From Phoronis australis (Eukaryota > Animalia > Phoronida), in the NCBI GenBank assembly GCA_002633005.1, contig NMRA01000232.1, positions 360,866 to 424,865 of the forward strand: a DNA stretch of 64,000 nt. Direction: 5' to 3'. Position numbers and translations under genes: made by a program. Every line of letters begins with the position of its first letter. Position 1 is the stretch's first letter. This document shows, in pieces, positions 25,681 through 40,200 of this stretch. The notes under the pieces were generated by a model. It searched no databases. It was given only the letters and a program-made list of their open reading frames with translations, and had not been told where the DNA came from.

Positions 25681-25860
25681 GTGGGCAAAAAGGCCCGCCT
25701 CAGAGAAACAAAAAGTTCGAAAAAATAGAAAACTAAAAAGACAGGAACCACCAAAATTCGGCAAATGCACAATTCATAGCTCTGAATGTACCTCGTTTTT
25801 TAGGAAATTTCCACGTGCTAAAAATTCAAGCCCCCAATTTTTAGGCTAGGTGCGCACATG
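25681..25860. repeat. Dispersed repeat, also at about 13405-13560 (same strand) and about 5125-5320 (inverted)
   Basis: Shared TTTTAGGCTAGGTGCGC end and GGGCAAAAAGG.CCGCCTCAGAGAAACAAAAAG block. Confidence 0.7.
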
Positions 25861-27327
25861 AGTAGAGGAAGATCTTACCCAAAAGTCAAACATCGAATGT
25901 GTTCGGCTCTCTCGTCTGTACAAAAGCCATGCAATCTATGAGAAAATCACCGTTTTGTCTTAAGCAGACATGGCAGTGAACTGCTGGCATAGTGGCGCGC
26001 GCAGTCAAAACCTTGTGAGAAATAAGATATTGGATGGGAGATGAAAGACTGCTAGACCTTGAGCGCCTACCTTACGTAACTAGTCATGATCAGTGATTAA
26101 TCTCACTCTGTTTGTGAACATGTAAGAGAAGAATGACCACTTGTCAGACGAGCGTTTAACAAAAGAAAATAGGGGATGAGAAATGAAGGATTGCTAGATC
26201 CAGTGCGTTTATGTTGTGTCCTATCCTCCCAAACTTAGTGATTGATCTCACACGATCACTGATGTTTGTCAAGAAGATGAAAGAGAAAAACGACCGGTAG
26301 TCTGATGAGTTTCTCAAAGGAGATGAACGCGATGGGAATGAATAGAACTTGTGCGTTTATTGTTGTTATTGGCTTCTGTTCATACACTTCAGGTCTTAGA
26401 AGAATTAAAAGCAAACGTGATGTTTAATATCCTACAGAAACAAGGAATTACTTTGAAAACGGTTTTATCGAAATGCTCGACCCTCAAAATATGGAATGGA
26501 CACTTATTTTTTCAAGATGAAAAAGTCGATGAAAATAACGAAAATTCGGCAATGGTCACACTCATCCGCTTAAAAAATAATAAATGTAACATTTTTCGGT
26601 TTGTTAGTATCAATTTTCATTTTCCCACCAAGTTTTTATAACCAAAACGAAATTTCAAATTTTATGTCTGGGGACGCACGGGGGCCAGTTTTCAACTCAA
26701 ACGATCAATATTAATCATCGATGTTTCGAAAATTTGTGATACGGAAATCAACACAAAACAGATGTACAATGTAAAATCATTTGGCATATTATACCAAACT
26801 GGTTCTCACATCAAACTCGTTTATCATGTGCATGGTCTAATCTGGCGACAATTACTATCAGAACTGTACAATCCCTTTGACAAAAATAGTTTCACCTTTC
26901 GCAATTCTTATGAAAAAAGCGTTTTTCTGAACCGTCCTCCAACATACTGCTAAACCACAATATTTTTTAAATTCAGACCACGCACAGACTTACCCAAGAA
27001 CAACTTGCAATAGTGCAACTTTCCCCCACACCGCGTCCACACACGTATATCCAATAACTAGCGTAACGCAGAAGTGGCTTTAGGCCTACACGTCAAAATG
27101 AACAGCCTATGTGAACACCGCGCGAAAAAGAACCCGGTATGTAACTGCGCAAGCGCAAACATGATACACATCCATCCCTAAAATGTGGGGCTTGTTATCC
27201 CAACGTCTAAACAAGATTGAGACTAAGCTGTCCTAATAGATTCACAAATTAATGCACGTGGCTTAGCCACGCTGCTGAACTTTGAGAAACCCAATGTGCT
27301 ATTTTCTATTATAATGCAACAATTTAA

Positions 27328-29485
27328 AGGAGAATGCCACCCGATTTAATTAGTCTTTTTACTGTCTTAATCGGTCTATATCCACATCGCCTCGCATACG
27401 GTCGACCTTACCTTGCCGAGAGGTGTCGCGTCAACCTGTGAGGAAGGTGAGAAACGACGCAGCGACGTCAGTGGTTCATTTGCAGAGTGAATGCCGCTAT
27501 GTTGCGGAGCATCATTCCCGCTTGGCCGAACTATGCAGCTGCGAGGAAAGCGGGTACATCGTTTTTTCGACTTCCTCGAGAGTCCCAAATGCTTAGGAAG
27601 TGTAGCGCGGTAGTGAAGAATGAAAAGTAGGCCTACGCTGTTAATAGCAAGTATGAGGCCGTGAAACAGGCCGGCTAAAGAACTACATGTATCCATGCGT
27701 TTCGTTGTCTGTGCATGTTCACGGCGCCTCTCTAGTATTTCTTGATCACTGTATTCCGGTTCGAACTGATAGCCTGTGAAACTTAACGATCCACCTGCGA
27801 AGTCGTCGTCGGATGAACTCTCGTCTAGAAGTCAGGATTCTGTTTACGTTCTGCGTTCTGTATCAAAATGAAATATTCTCGCCCTGACCAATGCTTATAT
27901 AAAACTGAAACAAAACCCGTCTCATTATAGATACAATTTGTAAAGCCTTTGGAGTATTCGAGAGTGCAAATGTTTTGAGAAGCCAGCAATGAATAAACCG
28001 CTGCGTTACCGGCTTCAGATGCAATAAACGAACGGGCACCGATCAGGTGTGAGCCCGCCATGCGTTTGCTAACAGAAACTGTTGTGAAACAATAACTCGA
28101 TTTTCTATCGCGGCCAGGTGTTAGGGGAATCTTTATTTACACATACATTATTCAAATAATTATTGTCAATGTACAACTCTTCTGCCCTGACGGTTCTGTG
28201 GACAAAGGGGAACATGAATTCAAGGCGGCCCCCGCCCGACGAGTAAGTAGATTTGCAGTTTCGTGGCTAATTCGCCAACATAATCACGTGCACATTACTT
28301 CTTTGGCTCACTAGTACGGTATTTTCTTGACTGGAAGTTTAGTTTCCAACTTTGGCTGGTTTATGTTCGTGATGTCTTCAGTCCGGCCGCGACGCCGCCT
28401 GATCAGGTTCCGAGCCACTTGCCAGGATAACAAGCGTTTTGTGTGTTTAGAAATAAAAAATCACAAGTCTAAACAACAGGTTATCCTGTCTGTATTTCAC
28501 GAAAGAATACTTGGAATTTACCTCCGAACAGACCCCTAACTCCTGGTACGGACCTTGGTAAATTAATGGCCTGCCCGATGGCAGTTTGTAGGCTACGATG
28601 TGTCCAACCAATAAACCCGTAACAGGGAAATAAAAGAACACGTTTTTATAAGAACTCGGCGTGTTTTTAAGGGTTTGAAATCGTAGTTTGATGATTTATT
28701 GGTGTTAAACGATGAATTCAAGCGATAAGCTGACATGAGTAACCCGGCCCGGCCGTGTTGTGAACTGCTGAACAGACAAATGAAACCAATGACGTCATTG
28801 GATAATTTCAACACCTCCGTCTGCCGTTAGGTGTCAGGTAACGCAATCGAACGTGCCGTTATCCAGTAGAACTACTCGATATACAAATAGGTTGTTTTTT
28901 GCGAGGCATATGTCAGTGGCGGATCTAGGATATCACAAGGGGGGGGCCCAACATTTTGTCCGGCTGTAAGAATTTGCGTAAACTGAACCATGATTGTAGA
29001 TGCGCATAGCACCGAATGGGGGGAGGTCGGGAGGGGGGTTTGCCCCGCCCGGGANTGTATTTCACGGAAGAATACTTGGAATTTACCTCCGAACAGACCC
29101 CTCACTCCTGGTACGGACCTTGGTAAATTAATGGCCTGCCCGATGGCAGTTTGTAGGCTACCGTGTGTCCAACCAATAAATCCGTAACAGGGAAATAAAA
29201 GAACACGTTTTTATAAGAACTCGGCGTGTTTTTAAGGGTTTGAAATCGTAGTTTGATGATTTATTGGTGTTAAACGATGAATTCAAGCGATTAGCTGACA
29301 TCAGTAACCCGGCCCGGCAGTGTTGTGAACTGCTGAACAGACTGCGTGTGAAACCAATGACGTCATTGGATAATTTCAACACCTCCGTCTGCCGTTAGGT
29401 GTCAGGTAACGCAATCGAACGTGCCGTTATCCAGTAGAACTACTCGATATAAAAATAGGTTGTTTTTTGCGAGGCATATGCTCCT
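27328..29485 (+). mobile_element. Kolobok-type element, copy 2 of the same family (3' part doubled at an assembly join)
   Basis: Collinear with 13894-15540; TTAA at 27324-27327 and 29486-29489; 28491-28912 repeated at 29056-29480 across N at 29055. Confidence 0.85.
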
Positions 29486-29824
29486 TTAAAAATTCTAAGC
29501 TTGCTATATTTAGACCAACTTTTCAATATTAAAACGGCCAACGTGGTTTGCCTTACTCATTGTTTGTTTTTTATTTTGAAACTCGTAAGCTAAACAGGCA
29601 CATTGGTTACAAACGCAATTATTTCATCCAATACATTCAGCCAAGCGCAATTAAGTTCACTTCAATGTCTGACCGCGCCATTGCCCCTTTTGTGCAGCTG
29701 AACTCACTAGATACTCTGATCGAGGTGAACAGTGCAGGCGTTCTCGCCCACATGCGTGCAAATCTCACAAGCCTAAGAGTATGGGGTGTTGCCAGTATAA
29801 ACAAGAATATTCCCAGAAGTAAAG

Positions 29825-29988
29825 CAGTGCTGTAGTGGTAAAATAAGAGGTAAGTAGGCGCCCAAAGCCCACCGTACCACCTTGATGAGCACTGAACGTA
29901 ACTTACGGTGCATAGGCGCTACGTTCAAATGCCAAAAGGTGGTTGGCTGCGCCCGGCCTTCGTGCGCTTTCGCCCCACTATAGCACTG
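29825..29988. mobile_element. hAT-type MITE, same family as 19190-19378, inverted
   Basis: TIR CAGTGCTGTAGTGG/CCACTATAGCACTG; internal similarity to reverse complement of 19190-19378. Confidence 0.8.
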
Positions 29989-30640
29989 AGTAGAAGTCCG
30001 AATAAAAGGCATTCCAAGAATACGGTATGTCATTATTTCCTAAGGTCTTTGTACGGCAACCTGAATCAGACGCGGATATCATAGTGCATACTATATTTAC
30101 AATGACTACTTCGAATGTACTGTAGATTGACAGGTCAATGCATCTTGCCGCATCACTGTGCGCAGGAAACAATGAAGTGAGGTAAATTTCACTTGGGGTA
30201 GACAGCTCAGCTTGTTCCTCTCGGTCTACATTGACCCTAGTCCTAGGCATGTTGATCAAGGGAAGTGGCTCAGTTTAACAGGTGAACAGGTGTGCCTCAG
30301 TGACATTACTTGGAGTCTGTGCACTCACGGCACACTTCATTTAGTGTAACTGGAGATAACTAACCCTCCAATCAGCAAAGACTAATTTTTGTACTCTGTG
30401 GAAAATTGTCTGCGAGTGTGAACACGTGACTGGTCATCTTGGGATAGATGACTTGGGTTAAGAAAATGGGTTGAACTGGAAAAGCTGCAAAACAGGTTTG
30501 TCAGTTAGGCGCTAAAAGCAAGTTTTACATGATATGTTGCGACTTAGTAATTGTATATTTACTGTTCCGCATGTTTTCCCCTGACTTTCACACACATCAA
30601 CAGTTGTAATTATACACTATACTCCTCTTAGTTCAAAGAA

Positions 30641-30646
30641 TTTATT
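30641..30646 (-). terminator. Candidate polyadenylation signal (AATAAA) of allantoinase
   Basis: AATAAA on minus strand about 430 nt after the stop codon. Confidence 0.55.
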
Positions 30647-31075
30647 GAAAATTACCATACATACAAAAAACAAGGACGTTTGTGGATAGAAAGAAATATC
30701 AAGATCATGATTCACCCATATACAAAACCCTGACCTAACTTCAAAATTCAACCAGCAGAAGTCACTATATATCTTTGGTAATACTTACACTAGATTGAAA
30801 ATAGTAATCGAATTCTACCAGACAGTCATGTATAGAACAATATCACAGTTTTAGTATGCCAGCACTGAACATATCCATGAAATACTAATGCACCCAATCA
30901 AATATTAGAGACTATAACTCAGCTGATTGGCCAGAGAACTAATGACTGGCTGGAGTATTGCTCCACCTCATGGCTGAAATCAGAAGTTGTGCTATAAACA
31001 TTTTTAGCACTCATCAAAACCTGCAGCCTTTATGCAGGTTTCTGCAAACTGAGCAATATAATTGCAGTCTGGGAT

Positions 31076-31207
31076 TTACCCATTGCTGCCAATCATGAGA
31101 AACTGACCATGCTTGTCACTGAATTTACCCTCATCATTCACTAAGACACCACCAACAATAGTCTTATGGACAACTCCTTGGACCTTCATCCCCAGGTACG
31201 GGGTTAA
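31076..31207 (-). CDS. ALN: Allantoinase last coding exon (LTPYLG...GSNG*)
   Basis: ttgcAG acceptor; TPYxG..G.V..TIVGG motif; TAA stop. Confidence 0.93.
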   Translation of the reverse strand, partial: LTPYLGMKVQGVVHKTIVGGVLVNDEGKFSDKHGQFLMIGSNG

Positions 31208-34200
31208 CTGCAACAATATGAACAAGAAGTAATTTTGGTACAAATCATGCACAAGGCAGCAACAGTTTCTACAAGTAACACACACCTTAGAATCATCTGC
31301 TAGCATTTATGTTTGTTCCGCGGCAGTAAAACGATCAAAAAGTTGACTAGATTTAGTAACTATACAGTGATCCCGTTGAAGCCGTATGGAATGACCTGTC
31401 AATCAATTCCAGCTTATGATTGTTAACAAAAGCAGCAATTCCAGTTGTTCCCTTAGCCCAGAAACTGCGCATAATATTGGCACGATACAAGCTGTGACAT
31501 GCAGTAGTCTAATTCAAAAGTTAATATTTTTGAGATTTGCTGAAGACATGTGTATGCGCTTCTATTGTGAACATCAGCTGATTTCAGGCCACGTGCAGCT
31601 ACTATTTCGTACATATTTGGAGTTCTCAGACTGAGGCCAAAACGAGACGAGTTAACTTCTTTCGTACAGATTTGTCACATTCAAAGACTGAATAATGTAA
31701 CATATGATGGAAAAATGGTAATCCTCATTTATAGGCAGCTGACTGCAAGGGGGGCATCGGTAATCCAGGTGGAATATTATCTGTGACAAATGATTGGTGC
31801 ATGTAGACAGATCTGGGGAAACAAAGCAGATTCCCTAACCGTATGGCATCAACGTCTTTAAGACCTGACATTATTTTGTGATCAGATGCAGCGAAGGTAT
31901 CTGTATGCGAGTAAGCATCATGCACTGATAACATTGTGGTAGAAAAATGACATAAAAATGAATCAAATTTTCAAAATTAAAGCAACAAGCAATGGAAGCT
32001 ATCAATGGCCCCGCCCCGCCCTCCAGAGGATAAGCCATTTTGAAGATAGTGCAGTAGGTACTTACTTTATTCTTGTGTTGAATCATATGCTTTTCAATCT
32101 GAAAAATCATACAGTGATGCATAAATTTTATGAAGTCCCACTCGAGGTGATTTCATTTACAGTGCTGCTTTCCTTTTTTCAAATTCATTGTGCATGGATG
32201 TCACCTTGGAAACATCCAATGACATCACAGAGTTGATGTATGAACACTATGACAGAGAACAGCACTTGAATCAAAAGCTTGGGTTCAATTCAGTGTTTTT
32301 GGAGCATGTATGACTTAGTAACCACTATACAAACAAGATGAGTTAAAATGCGTCAAATTCGTACCACGCTTTAGTCAATTTTTTGCACAAAAATTTTTCG
32401 ATGAAGGTGCCATTCGATCATGCTGAAGTCAAATCTCACCACTAAACCACAAATAAAAATACACATCCAAAGGTTATCTGCAATGTTAACGGATGTTTGC
32501 TAGCTGACAACTGTCCTGCATTGCATTTGAAAAATTACAACACCGCTAATTAAAGATTTGCACTACATGAAAAGCCCCTGGTTGTGGGTCCGAGGTCACA
32601 CAAATCACGACAATTACAAGTAAAGCAGCAACTATCACATAACATGGCACATTTTACCTTTGAACAGTTGTGATAAAAGGATTCAAATTCTACTTGAGTG
32701 AATGAAGTGAAACCTTGGCTGACACGACATATTCCTAGTGATCAAGAGATCAAAAAACTTCACACAACTATAAGTCACATTATGACAATCAACATCCACT
32801 CACGGTATATGAGTCATATGGGTCCCAGATGACAAAGTCAGCATCATATCCCACAGCCAGCTTCCCCTTACGATGATCCAAACTGCTGAGTTTTGCAGTT
32901 GACTCACACATCAGGTGAACAATGTCTTTCAGTTGAAAGCCTCTGGCCTGAGCGCTGGTCCAGAACAGGGAGAGACCTGGAATAAACAGGACGGGAGAAT
33001 TCGCACTGTGGCTTCTTATCGACAGAAAGAATAAAGTAACATCCAAACATTCCCATCCTGTGGTTGCTGCAACCACAAGAACAGACTCAGTTGATGCATT
33101 CTACACAAGTTTATGTTTTTGGCACAAGATAACACTTAAGTCAAACAAAACAACAAAATAATTCACTATACTTTTCTCACACCATATGTTTATGACCTAC
33201 GTCCAAACCAAGGCATCCATGCTGATGACCACACACGGCACATACATTTTTCCTGGCTATATCCACATAGGTGGCACTGTGATAGAGGGTGTATAGCCAT
33301 TCAATATACATGTACCTACAGTTTCCGTTGTACCTGCCAAGATGTCTTGCAGCAATTGTATTGCAAGTGACAAGAATTGCTGAGCACATGTCTCGTTTGG
33401 ATCAATAATTTAAAAGATTTTTATACATTACTTTAAGTTTCTATAAAAAGCGTACCAAACTGAAGTCCTGATATGCCACCCCAAGCTTTCATATAATCTC
33501 CATTGTCCACCAACTTGAGGTTAGCCGTGCAAGGCGAATGATCAGACACAATCATATCAATGTCACCACTGGTTACCGCCTGCCACAACAGCTCCTGCAG
33601 AGTAAAGTTGTGAATAGGCAAAGAAAATTACATCTGGTCTCATTTTTAAACTTGTGCCTCACGGTTTAACGAAAACTTTGTCAATCCAATTAATTTTTAG
33701 CATTGTTTTTTTTCAAAAGCTACACCGATGAATCTAAGCCGTTACAATGGGTAGCTGATGTCCTTAATTATAAATAATTACATAATTACAAAGTAAAGAG
33801 ATACACCTCTGCCTGAGACTAATCACCCACTCTCAATCAAATAGCTTATAAGTTGCTGTACTAACAAAACAGCACACTCAACTAATTGTACTTATGAGTC
33901 ACCAAACAGTCCAGACTGGGTTACTTAGAATCCATAGGGGGTAATAAAACAACCATCTTCTCAACCAGGACCACAAACCCTTTGTCACGCTGTGTTTAGA
34001 GACACAGTCCAATTGGGACAGTTGTATGACTAAGAGCAGGGTTCACATGGAACTGTTTTCACACATTTTGCACCACAATTTCAAAAGGAATATTCTGTGT
34101 GAATGATGCCTGATTTACAAACTGCCTGAAAAATTCTAAGCCACTATGCAACTAGTTACCACCTCCAAGCTCAAAATGATTTGTTTATTACCGTACTCTA

Positions 34201-37200
34201 TTTTATTTTTTCACTTCTCCTGAGATTATGTGAACTAGACAAATCATGCTTTCTAAAACTGTGGAATAATATCATATATCAAATCAAAGCTTACATTTCA
34301 TGTCAGTAATTGGGGGATAGATTTTTCTCATTCAGTAACGCACTGTGAATGAAATTTGATGCTGATGAAGAGACTGGCAACACAAGAGGTGGTGGTATAA
34401 GATGATTGCTTTTTGACAAAGCCCGGTGCTATGGATGTGGTTTAGTTGGGCAGTTAACCTGTCAAGTGTGTATTGGACAGTTATTCACTAGACACATGGA
34501 CATTCCTGCATTGATCCTAACAACCAAACTTTTGGATGGTATGTTGGAACATAGGGATTGAACCACATCCTTTCGCAAATGGAATTTCAAAAAAAAAAAA
34601 AAATAATAAGACTAAAACTCAAAACAAGATGTGAATATCTTCAAATTAATTGTGCACAGTGATGCTAGCAAACTTACGTTGTTGTCTTTCTGCCGAATCG
34701 GAGGACAACACTTGTACTCCGGGGAGCCTTTGGGGATTTTCTCTGCGTTAAACGTCAGGTAATGATGGCAAGTTTCTACTGTAAGGGGCGCTCCCTTTTT
34801 TTTCGCTTCACGAATCAGTGGCAATGCTTGGGCAGATGAGAGATGGACGATATGGCATCGGACACTGAAATGTCCAGTTCATTGGAAATTGACACAGCAC
34901 TGAATATTGCATTTTACTTTCTATAAAGTTGTGTTTTTTAAAAGATCATTGTACGTTCCCCAGATGTGAAAACCCTTTACAAAAGCTAGAAAAATCTGCT
35001 TCTGCATTGTATCAGTTACAAAAACACGGCAGGGATTGTCAGTCAAGGCCTTTTAAAATGTGAACTCGGATGTGAAAAATGAAACTTATGCATTTTCACA
35101 CGATGTTGAAGTCTTTGTGACAGTTTTAAGAGCCAAGTTATCAGTCTAAGAGGGTTTAACAAGAAATCCCTGACATCCTTTTGTCAGACAGCAAAAAGTG
35201 TGTAGAAATGAAATTCGTGTGACAATTTTTACATGCAGTGGATTGTAGACTTCAGTGAGAAACGTTTTCTGGAACATCATAACAAGCACTGTACAGTTAT
35301 AGTATTAATTTGAGGTCACAATACGTCTGTGTGACCATCAAGGAATTAAATATACATTGCAGCTTGACATTGCCAATTGAAAATTAGACCTGAAAAAAGC
35401 ATTTAAAGTAATGAGAAGTTCAACTTACAATAGGTGACCGAGGTAAACAAAATACTTTAAAGAATGTTTCTGTAAAGTGGTTTAAGGAAGACATGCGACT
35501 CAAGGTGCCTCCTACTCCCTGCAATGCCATTCATTTCAAAATGAGCCTACAACACAGTGAGGAACATTGCTCAATTAAATTGCAATGAGCACTTCACTGG
35601 CAGGTCAAAAATGGTCAGGCCAAACATAAAACCTAAATGAGATCCATTACAATCACAGTTTAACAATAAAAACATGTTGGGGTTCCTGAATTTTCTGTAT
35701 TTATTTAATAAAAACATGATGAGTTAAATGTATTTCACAGCTGGATTATTTGTGAGAATTAACACATTAAATTCTTGTCATTGTGTGAAACGGGATGTAA
35801 CAGGATAATACTCATGTTACCTAAGCATCACTCAGTGTAACTTTAAATTGTTTCTTACTTGTACTGAAGGCACAAATTAGTGACAAGACGAATGGCTTCT
35901 ACTTCCATTGTGTCAGGTCTTGACTTCAAAAATGTATCATAGTTGAGAGGATTGTCTGAAAAGGAAAAAATATGAAACAAAATGCACCAATATACAGCAA
36001 GAAAACAAAAGATTAACTAAAAATAGAGATTTACAGGGGTGTACTTTTAATTGGGTGAGTTACAAATGACATATGTCGAGACTGGACAATGCAGAAGCAG
36101 CTAAAAATACTTTAAAACCAGGAGAACATAATTATATATTATTAAAAAACACGAGCCTTAACTAGGTGCGGCTCTTCTATCAGTCACCTGATGAAGAGCA
36201 GCATCCATTAAGGCTTGAAAGTTAGTGTTTTTTAAAGAATAAAATGTGAAAACACGTAAAAAGACCTTTCAAACAGATCGTGGCGAATCTAATTGGGGAT
36301 AGTAACTTAAGAGTTATTCAATTTGAAAATTGCAAGAATTTCTAGAAAAATCAGCAGATTCACTATTTTTGTAACACAGACAACAGAAGATAGAAACCCT
36401 TTCATCCCAATACAGTTTTCAAATTCTCCACCCCTAATAATATACTGGCTGCTGCTTGAAATCACCATTTTGTTTCCATCAAAAGTCAAAGGTCACATTT
36501 TCCATTAAGGGAAATGTACCACGTATGTCTTGCCATACTAACTAAGGAGACATCGTTTGCCTCGTTACAAAGCGATAAGCAGTTGACATCAGTGTTTGTT
36601 TTTAAATTTGAAACAAAAAGAAAAAATGCTTTGGCTTCAACAAAAAATTCAAAATCTTTACGAACAAATCATGAAAATACTTGGTGAACATTTTGATTTT
36701 GTTTCAGTGGCAGACAACCGTTTTGAATCATGTGGTTTAGGCCGTTTTTCATGTCCTATGTCACTTCTACATTGCATAATTGAAAATGACTTCAAACCAG
36801 GTAAAATTTTATTATGAAAACAGTGCTGTGGCACAGCGAGCCGTTATGCAAACATGAGAAAATACAGCAAATTTTAAAATGATCATCAAAATTATCCGAA
36901 CATGTCCAATTTGATCTTGTAGCTAAAAACTTTTGAGTTTAAAAACTGCCTACAATAAATATCTTCATTATTAATATTGTCATTATCATTGTTAATATTA
37001 ATTTATTATTGTCACTATTGACAATGAGGAATTACCAAAAATGTATTTTAGAAAATATTTCAAACACTGAAACAGTGCCAAAGCCAAAAACACTTTATGT
37101 AGGCAATGTTTATACACACGGTACAAACCATATTTCTGTGGAATGTCTGGTGTTTCAACTTCAGCATGGAACTGAAATTCAAGTGATCAATAAAAACTAT

Positions 37201-40200
37201 TAGGAAATTTTGTACTACAATAAAGCACCCAGTTTTTCTACATGATCGCTATGTTTATGGTTTACACAGTTGAGCTTTAGAACAGCCAGCAAACCAGGAA
37301 AAATTAAAATGAATTGTGAACAAAAATGGTGCTTAAACTTTGAATCATAACAAAATGTTCAATTTTGTCGAGAACTAATACTTTTAAAAACATTTTCAGT
37401 CGCTTAAGAAACAAAAAATGAGGAGTATTTGGTATGAAAATAATGATTCTTGCTCATTACTTGCAGTACCCAGTGTTGTCTTGTTTGTTTTTTAACAAGT
37501 TGTGTGACAACAAAATTAATTTAAAAACAAAGACACTGCACACTGTCTAGCAATGAACAACTAGGAAAAAATTTTTACTCACAAACATGCAAATTACAGG
37601 CCCCAGAGTTCTACTATAAGGGACCACCAGAAGGTAATGAATACAAGAATGTTAATCTTACCAAGAGAACACTCTGTGTTCCTTGCAACTGTTTCATAGC
37701 CTTGTGAAGATCTTGCTCTGTCACATGAGGGAACTCATCCACTCCACTGTGTATGAGGAAACACTTGAAGCCTGCCACGCCAGCTTTAATCATCGGCCGC
37801 AACTCATTCTGTTTTTTTAGAAATTAAACTTAATCTATGAGAAAGGAGCAGTCCGTTGAAACAAACTATCTTGTTGAATGCAAAGAAAGATCCAACAGAA
37901 GTATTCAGTAAGCAGGTGCTAAAAAGGGTGCAACTGGTGGCAACGGGAATTTCCCTCTCATTTGAAAAATCTCACCACCAGAGGGCACAGACATATATCC
38001 TCGCAAATGAGTGATGGATCTAAAATGTACTTTTGCCAGCCTATATCTCTCTACAACCAATTCATTAAACAAAGTGTCTCACATAATTACAGATAAAACA
38101 GTGACATAATAATATCCACTTGCCCAGTCGCCAATTTGACAAATGATGATGGGTAAGTAAGAGTTCATTGACTGGTCGCTCAAATGGTGAGTGAAAATTT
38201 CAGATTGGTTGGGCTCTTTATTGCTTTTCATTGAAAGTTTGAAAACACATTCACTCGTTTCCAATTAGTGTCATACAGGAATGGCGAGGGCAGAGCTGTT
38301 CCAGCAAAATCCGTATGGGAGGGGGGGAGACGGCGATTGAAATAAAAAATCATCGGTGGTGGTCTTCAGAAGAAAACTCAAATTATGGGTGGTCGTTCTT
38401 GTAAGAAGTAAAGCATTATAACTGGGTGGTATTTTTTTACCTGTAAATGTTGATATTTTCAGCCAAACGTACCAAAAATTCACTTGGCAAATACCCAGAC
38501 ATATCCCAAAACAAAAAACAAACCCATGTTGCAGGTGTACAGAAATTACTCAAGTCATGGACAACTTGATTACAATCACATCTTAAACTGCAGTCATATT
38601 AGAATGAAAATTTATGCAACACTAAACTGGTGTTAACACAATGTCATATAAAAAATTGATCATTTTTAAATAAGAAGTATGAGGAGTGACATAGACAAGT
38701 TCCAGTATTCACTTGACATAGCAGTCTAAAAGCATTTGTGGAGACAGTCTGAGATTCATAGAGCCATGAAATTGAAAAAAACCTTATTGAAATTAGAGAC
38801 ACATGGTGAACAGAGACACTTGGTGGCTGCCAAACGTATTGCTTACAGGTCTCTTCGAAAAGCAAGTTTCTGGTAACTGATATGAGATGTGAACTCACAT
38901 GGAAATTTTCTGCACCCACAAAAACTGTGATCGGTCCATCTCAAGAACCGCTTGGCAGATCAAGATGAAATTTGGTGTAGAGGTACTTAGCAAAGATGCG
39001 CCTGCACCAATCGATTTCCGGGCGAATTTAACAACCTTGGTACCCTATGTTGGCTGCTTTAGTTTTCGACAAGCCATTCCTTGTATGTTGATTATCTCAA
39101 AAACTGCTTCACTGATCATGATGAAATTCGAAATAGAAGTATATCGCAAGAATGTGCCGGCACCAGTCAATGGGTCGTGGGTTGGAGAAATAAATGAAAA
39201 ATATGGGCGGTGGGTATGAAATAAAAGTGTCTTCCCCCCTCCCATACATTTTTTGCTGGAACAGCCCTCAAGTGAAACTGTCCAAAAGACCATTTTTTCC
39301 ATGATATTGTAGATCAACTCATAATAGAGAGAACAAACTGAACACACACTGGCACATTCTGAAAACGATCTTAGTTGCCAATCCCTTAGAAAGATTAAAT
39401 TATGAATTCTCAATTACACAATACTAGATGAAAACTATTTTGATCACTATCAGGCTGCGAGTAAGAGTTTGTAGGCTTTGCCAACGCAGAATGGGACTTT
39501 TGCACGAGGCAAATCCTACGCCAACATTTGGGGTTTTGTTACCTCGATGCCTAAGCAAGCCTAAGCCAGACTTTGATTAATGCCATGTTGAAGAAAATTT
39601 ATTTGGTGGTGACTGGACTTCTGAGGCTTAGGTATACCCATGAAGAAGCACAGACGAGTCACTTGGAACAAAAATCCTGCATTGAAACAATCTTCTGACT
39701 TTAGTACCTGGTTACCAGGGACAACTCCTCCCCAAAATGCAACGTCCACATAACATTTGCCCTTTGCTTCTTTAAGCTTGGTTTGTAAGGCTGATAGGGA
39801 TATTGTAGATGGAATGCAGTTCCTGAAAATATGAAAAATAGCCACTAAATTGCTCTTAAAGTATGATAGCTCAACTTATGAATTACGTACTAGACTAAGG
39901 GTTTATATTAAACTGTAAATCTCCATTTTTAACGAGTTCTGAAAATACATGTATGCTGATAATATGCAATTAACTGTACAATTAAATTGATGAAATTCAT
40001 TTATAAAACATAAGTTTCCTTGCGTTTTCAATGTATCAGTCATAGAACAACCCAGTTACAAAACCGTCTTCAAGATATTTTTTCAACAACGTCTGCAATG
40101 ATCATATTCATTTATTAGCTATCCCCAAAGTGACACCAAAGAATTGAGACATTAAAAAGGAACATTTTCCATCACTTAGTAAGAATGAGATACGAAGAAC

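Noticed and set aside
26301-26335. CTGATGA...GAAC hammerhead candidate
   Set aside because: GAAA box absent and stems I and III do not form.
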